Shown: positions 8,870 through 16,681, numbered from the stretch's first letter. The stretch is DNA of 32,000 bases from Pyrodictium occultum (GCF_001462395.1 NZ_LNTB01000001.1:1020001-1052000), one strand, 5' to 3'. Notes: a model not told the origin generated them from the sequence alone. Made by a program: numbers and translations.

Positions 8870-9136
8870 ATGGCGGAGGCCAGGGTGAGGATAAGGATAC
8901 TGACGGACAGGTGCAAGCAGTGCCTCAACTGCGTGAGGGCCTGCACAGCGTTTGATGGCGTCTACGAGGAGGGCCCCGACGGCTACCCGGTAGTGGCTAG
9001 GCCGGAGGAGTGCGTGGAGTGCCTCATCTGCCACACGGTGTGCCCAACCAACGCTATAGTGCACGAGAACTACCGGGAGACGGTTATAATAAACCCGGAC
9101 GAGGCGATGGCAGAGCGCTACCGGAACATGGTATAA
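8870..9136 (+). CDS. 2x[4Fe-4S] ferredoxin-type protein, last gene of the hydrogenase operon
   Basis: ATG at 8870 (MAEARVRIRIL...). Motifs CKQCLNCVRAC and CVECLICHTVCP. The 42 codons upstream in the track ORF overlap the large-subunit 3' end and look non-coding. Confidence 0.85.
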   Translation: MAEARVRIRILTDRCKQCLNCVRACTAFDGVYEEGPDGYPVVARPEECVECLICHTVCPTNAIVHENYRETVIINPDEAMAERYRNMV

Positions 9137-9244
9137 CCCTTTCTCCAGCCCGGTGTGTTAGCCGCTACGGGGCCTTGTGGGGCCTTAGAGGCGCTCTAGT
9201 CGAACAGTACCATTCGCTGCTCCACCTTATACAGTAGGGCTAAC

Positions 9245-10180
9245 TTGGGTTGTGATAAGCCCCAGCTCTCCCTCAGGGGCTCGGCGGGCCGGCTGCTAGG
9301 GGGCGAGGCTGTGGCTAGACATAGGCCGCTGCCGCCCTGGCTGTCGCTAGTAATAGCTCTGGCCGGGATATCTACGGCAGCCCCCCTGGCCAGGCTGGCC
9401 GGCGTCGACGGGGCCACGGCAGCCTGGTGGAGGCTCCTCGTAGGCGGAGGGGCCTCACTAGCCGCTGCAGCCCTTGCAGGCAGGCTCCCAGCGCCGGGCG
9501 TGACGGTGGCGAGCCTTCCGGGCGGGGTGCTCCTCGCAGCCCACCTAGCGCTCTGGCTTGAGAGCCTACGCTACGCCAGCGTAGCCTCCTCGACGGGGAT
9601 AGTGGTCTCCTACCCGGTGTTCGTAGCCCTCTACGAGGCTGCGAGGCGCCAGGCCCCGCGCCGCAGCGTGGCGGGCGCGGCCCTGGGATTCCTAGGCGTG
9701 GCTGTGCTCTCCACGCCCTGGGCCGGGGCCACGCCGAGGGGCGCCCTCCTCTCCCTCGCCGCCGCCCTGGCGGCCGCGGCCTACTTCCTGGCCGGCCGGA
9801 GGATCCGGGCAGCGGGCGTCTCCACGCTGGAGTACACCTCTAGCGCCTACACCTCCGCCTTCATAGCGATAACCGTCTACACTCTTGCAGCCGGACTGGA
9901 GCCCTGGAGGCCCAGGCCCGGGAGCCTACCCTACCTCATAGCGCTGGGCCTCGTGCCGATGCTCGCTGGGCACAGTATGCTGAACTACGCGCTCGGCTAC
10001 TACCCTGCCAGTGTTGTGACCGGGGTGGCGCTGCTAGAGCCCTATGGAGCCAGCCTGCTCGCCTGGCTCCTCCTGGGGGAGAAGCCCCCGCCGGCGAGCC
10101 TGCCGGGCATAGCGCTTAGCGTTGTGGGCGCCTGGCTAGCGGTCAGCGGCGGAGCACTGCCTCGAGGACGGCGGCCCTAG
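9245..10180 (+). CDS. DMT/EamA-family transporter
   Basis: 311-aa ORF of about 10 hydrophobic helices in two similar halves. The start is uncertain (TTG 9245, or GTG 9311). Confidence 0.65.
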   Translation: MGCDKPQLSLRGSAGRLLGGEAVARHRPLPPWLSLVIALAGISTAAPLARLAGVDGATAAWWRLLVGGGASLAAAALAGRLPAPGVTVASLPGGVLLAAHLALWLESLRYASVASSTGIVVSYPVFVALYEAARRQAPRRSVAGAALGFLGVAVLSTPWAGATPRGALLSLAAALAAAAYFLAGRRIRAAGVSTLEYTSSAYTSAFIAITVYTLAAGLEPWRPRPGSLPYLIALGLVPMLAGHSMLNYALGYYPASVVTGVALLEPYGASLLAWLLLGEKPPPASLPGIALSVVGAWLAVSGGALPRGRRP

Positions 10181-10757
10181 CGAGGTCCTCGAGGGCCTCC
10201 AGCCGGTCCACGGCCTCGTACACCGCGTAGACCGGGTCCCTCGACGTCCCCACCGCCACCGCGCCATGGCCCTCCATGACCGCTACGTCGCATCTCCTGA
10301 GCGCGCTTGCTGCCAGCTGGGCCAGCTCCTCGGTGCCAGGAGGTGCCTCGGGCACGGCTGCAACGCAGCGGCCGAGGTAGTACCTGGCCTCAACCCCCAG
10401 AACCTCGGTCCTAAGCTCCAGGCCCAGGCGGCGGGCGAGCACAGCGTAGGGGTTATGGGCGTGCACCACCGCCCTGACGTCGCTCCTGGCGTTGTAGACC
10501 GCGAGGTGGAGGCGGTACTCGCTGCTCGGCCTCCCCTCGTAGACGTAGCCGTCGGGGCTCATTACTGCTATATCCTCGGGCCTCATCCTGGTCTTCACGG
10601 CGCCGCTAGGGGTTATGTAGATGAACCTCGTGCCATCGGGGAGCTCGAGCACAGCGCTCGCATTACCCCCGCGGAGGTTGAGAAGCCCCCTGTCGTGGAG
10701 GATCCTCATGGCGTCGACGAGGGCCTGCCGGATCTCATAGCCAGGCTGTGCCACCAA
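10143..10757 (-). CDS. Class II aldolase/adducin-domain protein (FucA / MtnB-like)
   Basis: 204 aa with LNLRGGNASAV and the VVHAHNPYAV His motif typical of class II aldolases. Converges on the EamA gene and overlaps it by 38 nt. Confidence 0.75.
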   Translation of the reverse strand: MVAQPGYEIRQALVDAMRILHDRGLLNLRGGNASAVLELPDGTRFIYITPSGAVKTRMRPEDIAVMSPDGYVYEGRPSSEYRLHLAVYNARSDVRAVVHAHNPYAVLARRLGLELRTEVLGVEARYYLGRCVAAVPEAPPGTEELAQLAASALRRCDVAVMEGHGAVAVGTSRDPVYAVYEAVDRLEALEDLARAAVLEAVLRR

Positions 10758-10931
10758 TGGCGCGGCACCACGCGCTCCTCAACGCGGCTGGGGCCACTAG
10801 ACGGGCGATCAGGCTCTGGTATGTATGCTGTGCGGCGGCCCGCGTCCCCCCGGGGCCTCCTTCCCCCACTCCTCCCGCTTGGCCTGCCACTTGCTGCAGG
10901 CGTTTGGGGGCAGGGCTTCTCCGCCACGTAT

Positions 10932-10948
10932 TATCTATATGATAGATA
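10932..10948. promoter_or_regulatory. 17-bp palindrome TATCTAT-ATG-ATAGATA (TATA-like) in the divergent aldolase / Zn-ribbon intergenic region
   Basis: Read directly: 7-bp arms with a 3-bp spacer. Confidence 0.5.
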
Positions 10949-11000
10949 GTGTCAATACTACCGTGTGGGCGATCTAACAAGTCCCTAGTACGATCCACAT

Positions 11001-11037
11001 CGTGTTAACACGGTCTCGTTAAGCGTGTTACGAGACC
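11001..11037. promoter_or_regulatory. Palindrome CGTGTTAACACG (11001-11012) abutting an inverted repeat GGTCTCG (11012-11018) / CGAGACC (11031-11037); CGTGTTA recurs at 11024-11030
   Basis: Read directly. Either an operator-like site or an RNA hairpin with a 7-bp stem and a 12-nt loop. Confidence 0.5.
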
Positions 11038-11114
11038 CCTCCCGCTCGCGAGGGGCTAACCCCGTTGGGTGGGGGCGCGGCGCTGTACTTCCGACTAACC
11101 GGGTGCGCCCCTCC

Positions 11115-11471
11115 GTGCCGGTGGTCTACCGCTGCCGCGTATGCGGGTTCATACTCCATGTCTTCGTGAGGGTCGGCCAGAACAGCTACGGTCTCCCCAC
11201 CCCGAGCGAGCTCGCAAGCCAGTTCGGCGGCATCTGCCCCCGCTGCGGCAGCCCCCTGGGCCGGCCCAGCCTCAACGATATAGTCATAAAGCCGAACGGG
11301 CCTCAGGAGCTGCTAGCCGTGCTGGAGGAGGCTAAGCGCAGCATGAGGATAGGCTTTAGGAGTATCGAGCGCTACCTGGCTGAGATAAGGCGCAGCACCC
11401 GCCTCCACACAGCCCTGGAGGAGAGGGTCCCCTCCTCCAGCGGCACGAGGCCAGTGGAGGCTGAGGCCTAG
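11115..11471 (+). CDS. Zn-ribbon protein (CxxC...CxxC) with a helical C-terminal half; function unknown
   Basis: VVYRCRVCGF...GGICPRCGSPL. The track start (GTG 11025) sits in the loop of the hairpin above and is followed by Arg/Gly/Pro-rich sequence. In-frame GTGs at 11115 and 11121 are more plausible starts. Confidence 0.5.
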   Translation: MPVVYRCRVCGFILHVFVRVGQNSYGLPTPSELASQFGGICPRCGSPLGRPSLNDIVIKPNGPQELLAVLEEAKRSMRIGFRSIERYLAEIRRSTRLHTALEERVPSSSGTRPVEAEA

Positions 11472-11546
11472 GGGCTCCAACGGGATCGAGGCTCCCCACA
11501 CCCCCGGGACGCGCGGGGCGTCGGAGCAGGCTACAGTCTTCATCGC

Positions 11547-11570
11547 CCTCCGGGGTAACGAGCCCGGAGG
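11547..11570. other. 8-bp GC-rich hairpin (CCTCCGGG-gtaacgag-CCCGGAGG) between the convergent Zn-ribbon and thiL genes
   Basis: Read directly. There is no adjacent T-run, so a terminator role is unproven. Confidence 0.3.
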
Positions 11571-11634
11571 CGCCCTATAGGAGCGCCGCGCCTGCCGCGG
11601 GGCCTAGCGTATAGCCGGCGGCCCGAGGAGGCTC

Positions 11635-12684
11635 TCAAGGGCTCTGGCCCTGTATGCTGCTCCAGCCCAGGAAGTTGTCCCACCCCCGGGGCTCTAGGCT
11701 TCTCCCCTTATGGAGCAGGAGCGGTCCGCCGGTCTCCCCTAGTATCCTGCCCACCCGGGCCACCTGGAGCCCGAGCGCCTCGGCTTCCTCTTCCGCTAGC
11801 CGGCTGCAGCGGGGGCGGACGGTGAAGACTATCTCCAGCTCCTGGCCACCGTAGAGGGCTAGGCTGAGTGGGTCGAGGCCCTTCTCCTCCGCGTAGCGGA
11901 GCGCCTCCTCCTCGACAGGGACCTCTAGCACCTCCAGCGGCGCGCCCGCGGAGCGGGAGAGGAGCCAGAGGCTGTAGGCTAGCCCGTCGCTCGTATCGGT
12001 GGAGCCTGTTATGCAGCCCCTGGGGAGCCTTGAGGCCAGCTCCACGAAGCCTAGCCGGGCCAGCGGCCTAGCCATCACCCTGAAGGCCCTGGGGTACCTG
12101 GCCGCCGCGCTCCTCCAAGAGCCCTCGGCAAGCGAGTGGAAGACGAGGCCCCCGAGGCCTAGGCGGCCGGTGGTCGCGTAGACGAGGTCGCCGGGCCTAG
12201 GCCTGCGGGGCACCGGCTCCCCGGGCGCGAGGCCCACCGCAGCCACGTCTACCCAGCCGCAGCCCCTGCCGCGGCAGCTGTTGAGGTCGCCGCCGGCGAG
12301 CCATGCCCCGTGGGCTCTCGCGGCCTCGGCGGCGCCCTCTGCTATCTCCTCCAGCTCCCTTATGCTCCTCTCCGGCTCCAGGCCCAGTGACAGGACGAAG
12401 GCGAGGGGCCTGGCGGCCTTGGCTGCGAGGTCGCTCGCGGCGGACGCCACCTGGAGCCAGCCCAGGTCCCCGAGGCTCATCCAGGGCGCGAGGTTCGACT
12501 CTATGCCGCCGCCGTCTATCTTGACCAGGAGCCTGGGGTGCCCGGGCCCGGTGCAGGCCGCGTCATCGCCGGGCCCTAGGCTTGGGCAGCGCCAGCCCTT
12601 CGAGAGCAGCTCTATAAGCCTCTCCACCGCCCTGTGCTCGCCTAGCTCCCGGAGGCTGGGGCTCCGCTGCAAGCCCGCTGGCAC
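11635..12684 (-). CDS. thiL: Thiamine-monophosphate kinase (AIR-synthase-related fold)
   Basis: 349 aa with LRELGEHRAVERLIELL, GPGDDAA, SDLAAKAARPLAF and GGDLNS, matching ThiL/PurM-superfamily patterns. Confidence 0.7.
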   Translation of the reverse strand: MPAGLQRSPSLRELGEHRAVERLIELLSKGWRCPSLGPGDDAACTGPGHPRLLVKIDGGGIESNLAPWMSLGDLGWLQVASAASDLAAKAARPLAFVLSLGLEPERSIRELEEIAEGAAEAARAHGAWLAGGDLNSCRGRGCGWVDVAAVGLAPGEPVPRRPRPGDLVYATTGRLGLGGLVFHSLAEGSWRSAAARYPRAFRVMARPLARLGFVELASRLPRGCITGSTDTSDGLAYSLWLLSRSAGAPLEVLEVPVEEEALRYAEEKGLDPLSLALYGGQELEIVFTVRPRCSRLAEEEAEALGLQVARVGRILGETGGPLLLHKGRSLEPRGWDNFLGWSSIQGQSP

Positions 12685-12691
12685 CGGGGCC

Positions 12692-13567
12692 CTAGAGGTC
12701 TAGGCCCTCGAGGCCCGGATGACCGCAGTTGCGTAGGGCGGCGTCTATCCTCCTCCAGGCCTCCTCCGTGGATGCTACTGCCACGCTGCCGACCCTCTCC
12801 ACCCTGGTTAGGGAGGCGCTGCGCCTCTCCACGGCAACCCTGGCGCCGGCCTCCCTGGCGAGCCAGACAGCGGCCGCCACGTCCACCACGCGGAGCCTGC
12901 CGCGTACGTCTATGAAGGCCTCGGCGCGGCCAAGCCCAGCCCAGGCTATCTCGAGGCTCGCGCTTCCGAGGGCGCGGACGCTCCTCCTGCCCCCGGCCAG
13001 CCGGAGGTACTCGTGGACAACCGACGCCTGGTCGGGCTTCTCCACATAGGCTAGGAGGAGGCGGGGCTTCCTCCCCCTCTCGACCGTCACCCTCGCCCCG
13101 CCCTCGTAGGCTCCGAGGCCCCGTGCGAAGCTGAGCACGGGCCAGGGGAACACTGGGGCCACTGCGCCGGCGGCCACGTCGGTGAGCCAGGGATCCCGGC
13201 CCTTGGGGAGCGGGGCTACCGCTATGCTGACCGCGCTCCAGGGCACTAGGCCCGCGTAGTTCTTGCTCCCGTCTAGCGGGTCCGCCACCACTATGTAGGG
13301 GTCATCGCCCAGCTTTACGAGGCCGCTCTCCTCGCCGAGGAAGAGGCCCTGCAGCCCCTCAGCCCTCAGCAGCTCGATGATGTTGCGCTCGCTCTCAACG
13401 TCTATCCTCATTCCCTCGTCGCTGTCATGCTCGTGGACGGAGACCACGCTCAAGAGCTCCTCGAGGCCGAAGCGGTCGCGGAGGTAGGCCGCGGCCTCCC
13501 CGGCTACACGGGCCACGAGCCTGCGGAGGTCCTCCAGCTCCCGGCTGCTGGCGAGGAGAGGCTCCAC
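12692..13567 (-). CDS. Inositol monophosphatase / fructose-1,6-bisphosphatase family protein
   Basis: Motifs LGEESG, DPLDGSKNY and VVDVAAAVWLAREAGA, which are the IMPase-family metal-binding and signature motifs. Confidence 0.8.
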   Translation of the reverse strand: MEPLLASSRELEDLRRLVARVAGEAAAYLRDRFGLEELLSVVSVHEHDSDEGMRIDVESERNIIELLRAEGLQGLFLGEESGLVKLGDDPYIVVADPLDGSKNYAGLVPWSAVSIAVAPLPKGRDPWLTDVAAGAVAPVFPWPVLSFARGLGAYEGGARVTVERGRKPRLLLAYVEKPDQASVVHEYLRLAGGRRSVRALGSASLEIAWAGLGRAEAFIDVRGRLRVVDVAAAVWLAREAGARVAVERRSASLTRVERVGSVAVASTEEAWRRIDAALRNCGHPGLEGLDL

Positions 13568-13674
13568 CAGACTCCCTGGAGGCCCGGGGGCCCTCCGGCC
13601 CGCTTATCGGGGTTCCGCTGGTCGCGAGGCCCGGGAGACGTGATACCCCTGCCCCCGGGGCCCTGGCCGCCGTT

Positions 13675-13983
13675 CTACCCGACTTTCCCCTGGAGCACCC
13701 GGTGCTGCACCAGGCCCCTGTCGAGGGCCAGCAGCTCCCCGGTCTCCTCGTCGCGGAGGGCCAGGAGGCCGGCCCAGTAGTCTACGAGGCGGAGCCTCCT
13801 CCCCAGCAGCTCGCCGGGCTCTCGGAGCCTCCTCGCCCGGGCCAGCCAGCCGGGCTCCCTGGGGAGAACGGTGTAGGCGCTGAACCGGCCCTGGAGCCCG
13901 AGGCCCGCTATGAGGCTTGTGAGCCTCTCAGCCACCCTGGCCCACTCCCCGGAGCTTGCGAGCCTCCTCTCGATCTCGGCCAC
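13675..13983 (-). CDS. Hypothetical protein, probably the displaced C-terminal part of the upstream ORF (see findings)
   Basis: GTG start at 13983. Normal amino-acid composition (AEIERRLASSGEWARVAERLTSLIAGLGLQGRF...). Overlaps 13908..14660 by 76 nt in a different frame. Confidence 0.4.
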   Translation of the reverse strand: MAEIERRLASSGEWARVAERLTSLIAGLGLQGRFSAYTVLPREPGWLARARRLREPGELLGRRLRLVDYWAGLLALRDEETGELLALDRGLVQHRVLQGKVG

Positions 13984-14660
13984 CGCGAGCCGGAGCCCTC
14001 CCCGAGCCTAGCCCCGGCGCCCTCTGTGCCGAGCCTGGAGCGCCCCAGCTTCTTCTCCGTCTCCCGGGCGTCGAGCAGGCCCCCGGTGTAGACCATGGCC
14101 GCCGCGACGTGGGGCTGCTCTGCTATCCTCCAGAGCAGCCTCCAGGACTGGGTGAGTCCCACCTTCGCCCGGGCCCCGCCGTAGTCGAGGACGTAGACGC
14201 TGTACTTCTCCCCCGGGTTCAGCCTCTGGGCCTCGATGCAGGCGCTGTCAATGCCCTGGGCGCAGCGCTCGTAGAGGGCCTTCCAGCTGCCGCGGTGGAG
14301 TCTGCAGTACCCGTCCCTGGTCTCCGCCGGGTTCACACAGTAGCGGTGCTTGGCCGGCTCTCCCCTGGGGCCCTCGTGGAACCTGCAGAGCGTGACCCCT
14401 ATGTGCATTATTCTCAGCAGCGGCTCCCAAACGGGCTCCACGCTCCGGCTAGGCGGCTCCTGGACGAGGAGCCCGGGCCTGGTGATCCTCAGGACCTCGA
14501 GGACCACCTCGACCCTGCGGCCGCCTCCGAGCCAGGAGTCCAGCCCGGCGCCCCGCGCCTCCGCCCTGTAGGAGCCGAGCCTTTCATGCTCGAAGATTAC
14601 TGCGCGTATTACCGGCACTGCTGCAGCCCCCCGGGGCCGCGGGGTCCCCCGCAGCCTCAA
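13908..14660 (-). CDS. Cys-rich hypothetical protein; the last ~25 codons look out of frame
   Basis: Core CRFHEG...YCVNPAETRDGYCRLHRG...CAQGIDSACIEAQ...YSVYVLDYGGARAKVGLTQSWRLLWRIAEQPHVAAAMVY looks protein-like. From memory it resembles the KVG-T...R...EQ pattern of a DUF2797-type family (unverified). The tail WPRSRGGSQAPGSGPGWLRGSQAS is low-complexity. The antisense ORF 13956..14819 is Pro/Gly/Arg-rich and judged spurious. Confidence 0.45.
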   Translation of the reverse strand: MRLRGTPRPRGAAAVPVIRAVIFEHERLGSYRAEARGAGLDSWLGGGRRVEVVLEVLRITRPGLLVQEPPSRSVEPVWEPLLRIMHIGVTLCRFHEGPRGEPAKHRYCVNPAETRDGYCRLHRGSWKALYERCAQGIDSACIEAQRLNPGEKYSVYVLDYGGARAKVGLTQSWRLLWRIAEQPHVAAAMVYTGGLLDARETEKKLGRSRLGTEGAGARLGEGSGSRWPRSRGGSQAPGSGPGWLRGSQAS

Positions 14661-14725
14661 GCCCCCCGGCTTAAATACCCGTCAATGGCTGGGTCTGGAA
14701 GAGTACCCAGCGGTGAACCCAAGAC

Positions 14726-15448
14726 ATGGCTAGGCCTCCTCTCACCGTTGACAAGGTGCAGGAGTTTATCGGCGAGACAGTCTACGATCCCTACGGCCGC
14801 GTTGCCGGGAGGCTTGTGAGCTTCGAGAGCGACGTGGACGGCCTAGTGCAGAACGTGGTGGTCGAGACCGAGGATAGGGATGTACGCTTCATACCCGCCG
14901 AGGCCGTGGAGATCAAGGACGGCCGGATAATAGTCTGGCCCGAGTGGAAGACAATAGCCTACAAGGTTACAGCGAGCTACCAGAGGGCCCTCAAGAGGCT
15001 AAAGGGGCTTGAGGACATATACAGCAGGAATGAGATACCGAGCGTGGTCTACCACGAGATGAGGAAGAGGCTGAACGACAGCCTCTCAAAGCTGAAGGAG
15101 GAGGCTAAGAAGCTACGCGAAATTATCAACAGGAGAATGCACGAGATAGAGGATAACAACCTCAAGCTTGACCGCGCCATAGCAAATCTCAAAGTATCCT
15201 ACATGGCCGGCGAGATAGGGGAGAAGGCCTACAAGACCGCTATAGAGCGCCTCCGCGGCGCTAAGGACAGCAATACCAGGGAGCTAGAGGACCTGAAGAA
15301 CACGAAGGGCAGGATTGAGGCCCTCGAGAACGGAGCTATAGAGCTGGCTAAGACCAAGAGCGAGGCCAAGGCCGAGAAGGAGAAGAATACAGCCCCCGCA
15401 ACGGTGCAGGGCCTCCAGCCTATACCAGTGAAGGTGATAGAGGGCTAG
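14726..15448 (+). CDS. cdvA: Cell division protein CdvA
   Basis: N-terminal PRC-barrel-like region (VYDPYGRVAGRLVSFESD...DGRIIVWPEW), a long coiled coil, and a short C-terminal peptide (LQPIPVKVIEG) in the position of the ESCRT-III-binding tail. TATA-like TTAAATA at 14671-14677. Confidence 0.8.
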   Translation: MARPPLTVDKVQEFIGETVYDPYGRVAGRLVSFESDVDGLVQNVVVETEDRDVRFIPAEAVEIKDGRIIVWPEWKTIAYKVTASYQRALKRLKGLEDIYSRNEIPSVVYHEMRKRLNDSLSKLKEEAKKLREIINRRMHEIEDNNLKLDRAIANLKVSYMAGEIGEKAYKTAIERLRGAKDSNTRELEDLKNTKGRIEALENGAIELAKTKSEAKAEKEKNTAPATVQGLQPIPVKVIEG

Positions 15449-15495
15449 CCCCGGAGACACCCAAGCCTGCCCATTCCCCACCCATAGCCGTGCCT

Positions 15496-15506
15496 CCCGG
15501 GTTTTT
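15496..15506 (+). terminator. cdvA terminator candidate: CCCGGG followed by T5
   Basis: The T5 run at 15502-15506 lies about 55 nt after the cdvA stop. Oligo-T runs act as archaeal terminators. Confidence 0.5.
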
Positions 15507-15850
15507 GCCGTGCCAAGCCTACAATACACCGAAGCTTCTTGTCCACCCCCCGGGCACCCCATACCTCATCAGAGTCGGTTAGCTTCACTGGCCCCTACCA
15601 CTCTCTCACCGTTCTTCTCCATGTTCTCTGGTATCAGCCGGCCCCCTCCCAGGCAGCGTCTCCACCAGTACCACCGGGGTATTAGCGCCTGCTATAGCGG
15701 CGGCATATCCTCTGCAGCGCTGTGGCCCGCGCTTCTGGTACTCTCTCTGTGTTAGCAGGGTGGAAGGGCTAGCTAACCGAGTCAACGGGAAGACTGTGAC
15801 CGGGCGCGATAGCAGAGTAGATGGTAGAGGTAAAGCAGGGGTGACCCACC

Positions 15851-16681
15851 ATGGCGGCTCTAGTTTCACGCTTACTCCAGGCCCTGGGGCTGGGAGGCGG
15901 CCGGGAGCCCAGTATAAAGGAGAGGATAGACGAGGTCATAGTGAAGCTCGAGCTTATAGAGGATAATGTGGCGGAGCTTCGGTATAAGTTCGAGCAGAGG
16001 AGCCGCGAGCTCTTTGAGAAAGTGGTCTCCCTACTCCGCCGCGGCGAGAAGAGCCGGGCCGCTATATATGCGGGAGAGGTAAGCCAGGTGAGGAATATAC
16101 TGAAAATGGTTATCGCGGTTGAGAACCTAGTAACAATGACCAAGGAGAGGCTTAAGACCGTGAGGGATGTGCGCGAGCTAGGCCAGACCCTCATGGTGTT
16201 CGGCACCGCGCTCGAGGAGGTGAAGGACCAGGTGCGCGCGATATACCCGAACCTTAACATAGCATTCGAGGAGCTATCCAGGAGCGTCAAGAGCATGATA
16301 GTGGAGACCAGCATAGATGCTGTAGGCGACATAGACCCGGCGGTGATAAGCAGCAGTGCTATCGAGGTACTCCAGGAGGCCATGAAGAAGGCTGAGGAGA
16401 GGATAAAGAGCGAGTTCCCGGAGCCCCCTGTGGAGCCCGTGATAAGGCTTCAGACGGCGGGAAGGCAGCTGGTGGCGCTGGGGGCCCCTACCGGCGGCGC
16501 CGGGGCGGCCGTTGGGAGGCCCAGGGGCGAGGAGCTGGAGAGGCTGGTGCTGGACTACATAATGGAGCATAACGGCTTCCTGGACATACGCGACTTCAGC
16601 GCCAGGTACGGGGTGACTAAGAGCGAGGTGCTTCAGGCGCTACATAGGCTGGCCGAGAAGGGTCTAGTAGCACTTGCCTGA
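15851..16681 (+). CDS. cdvB: ESCRT-III homologue CdvB (Snf7 core plus C-terminal winged helix)
   Basis: Helical Snf7-like core (ELRYKFEQRSRELFEKVVSLLRRGEKSRAAIYAGEVSQVRN...). C-terminal wH LERLVLDYIMEHNGFLDIRDFSARYGVTKSEVLQALHRLAEKGLV. The antisense 204-aa Ser/Thr-rich ORF 15769..16383 is spurious. Confidence 0.85.
   Translation: MAALVSRLLQALGLGGGREPSIKERIDEVIVKLELIEDNVAELRYKFEQRSRELFEKVVSLLRRGEKSRAAIYAGEVSQVRNILKMVIAVENLVTMTKERLKTVRDVRELGQTLMVFGTALEEVKDQVRAIYPNLNIAFEELSRSVKSMIVETSIDAVGDIDPAVISSSAIEVLQEAMKKAEERIKSEFPEPPVEPVIRLQTAGRQLVALGAPTGGAGAAVGRPRGEELERLVLDYIMEHNGFLDIRDFSARYGVTKSEVLQALHRLAEKGLVALA

Noticed and set aside
13956-14819. 287-aa plus-strand ORF spanning the frameshifted gene and the cdvA start
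   Set aside because: Its composition is Pro/Gly/Arg/Ala-rich. It is antisense to a more protein-like ORF and would overlap the well-supported cdvA start and promoter.
15769-16383. 204-aa minus-strand ORF antisense to cdvB
   Set aside because: It is a Ser/Thr/Leu-rich mirror image of the Glu/Lys/Arg-rich coiled-coil coding strand, while cdvB itself is confidently recognised.
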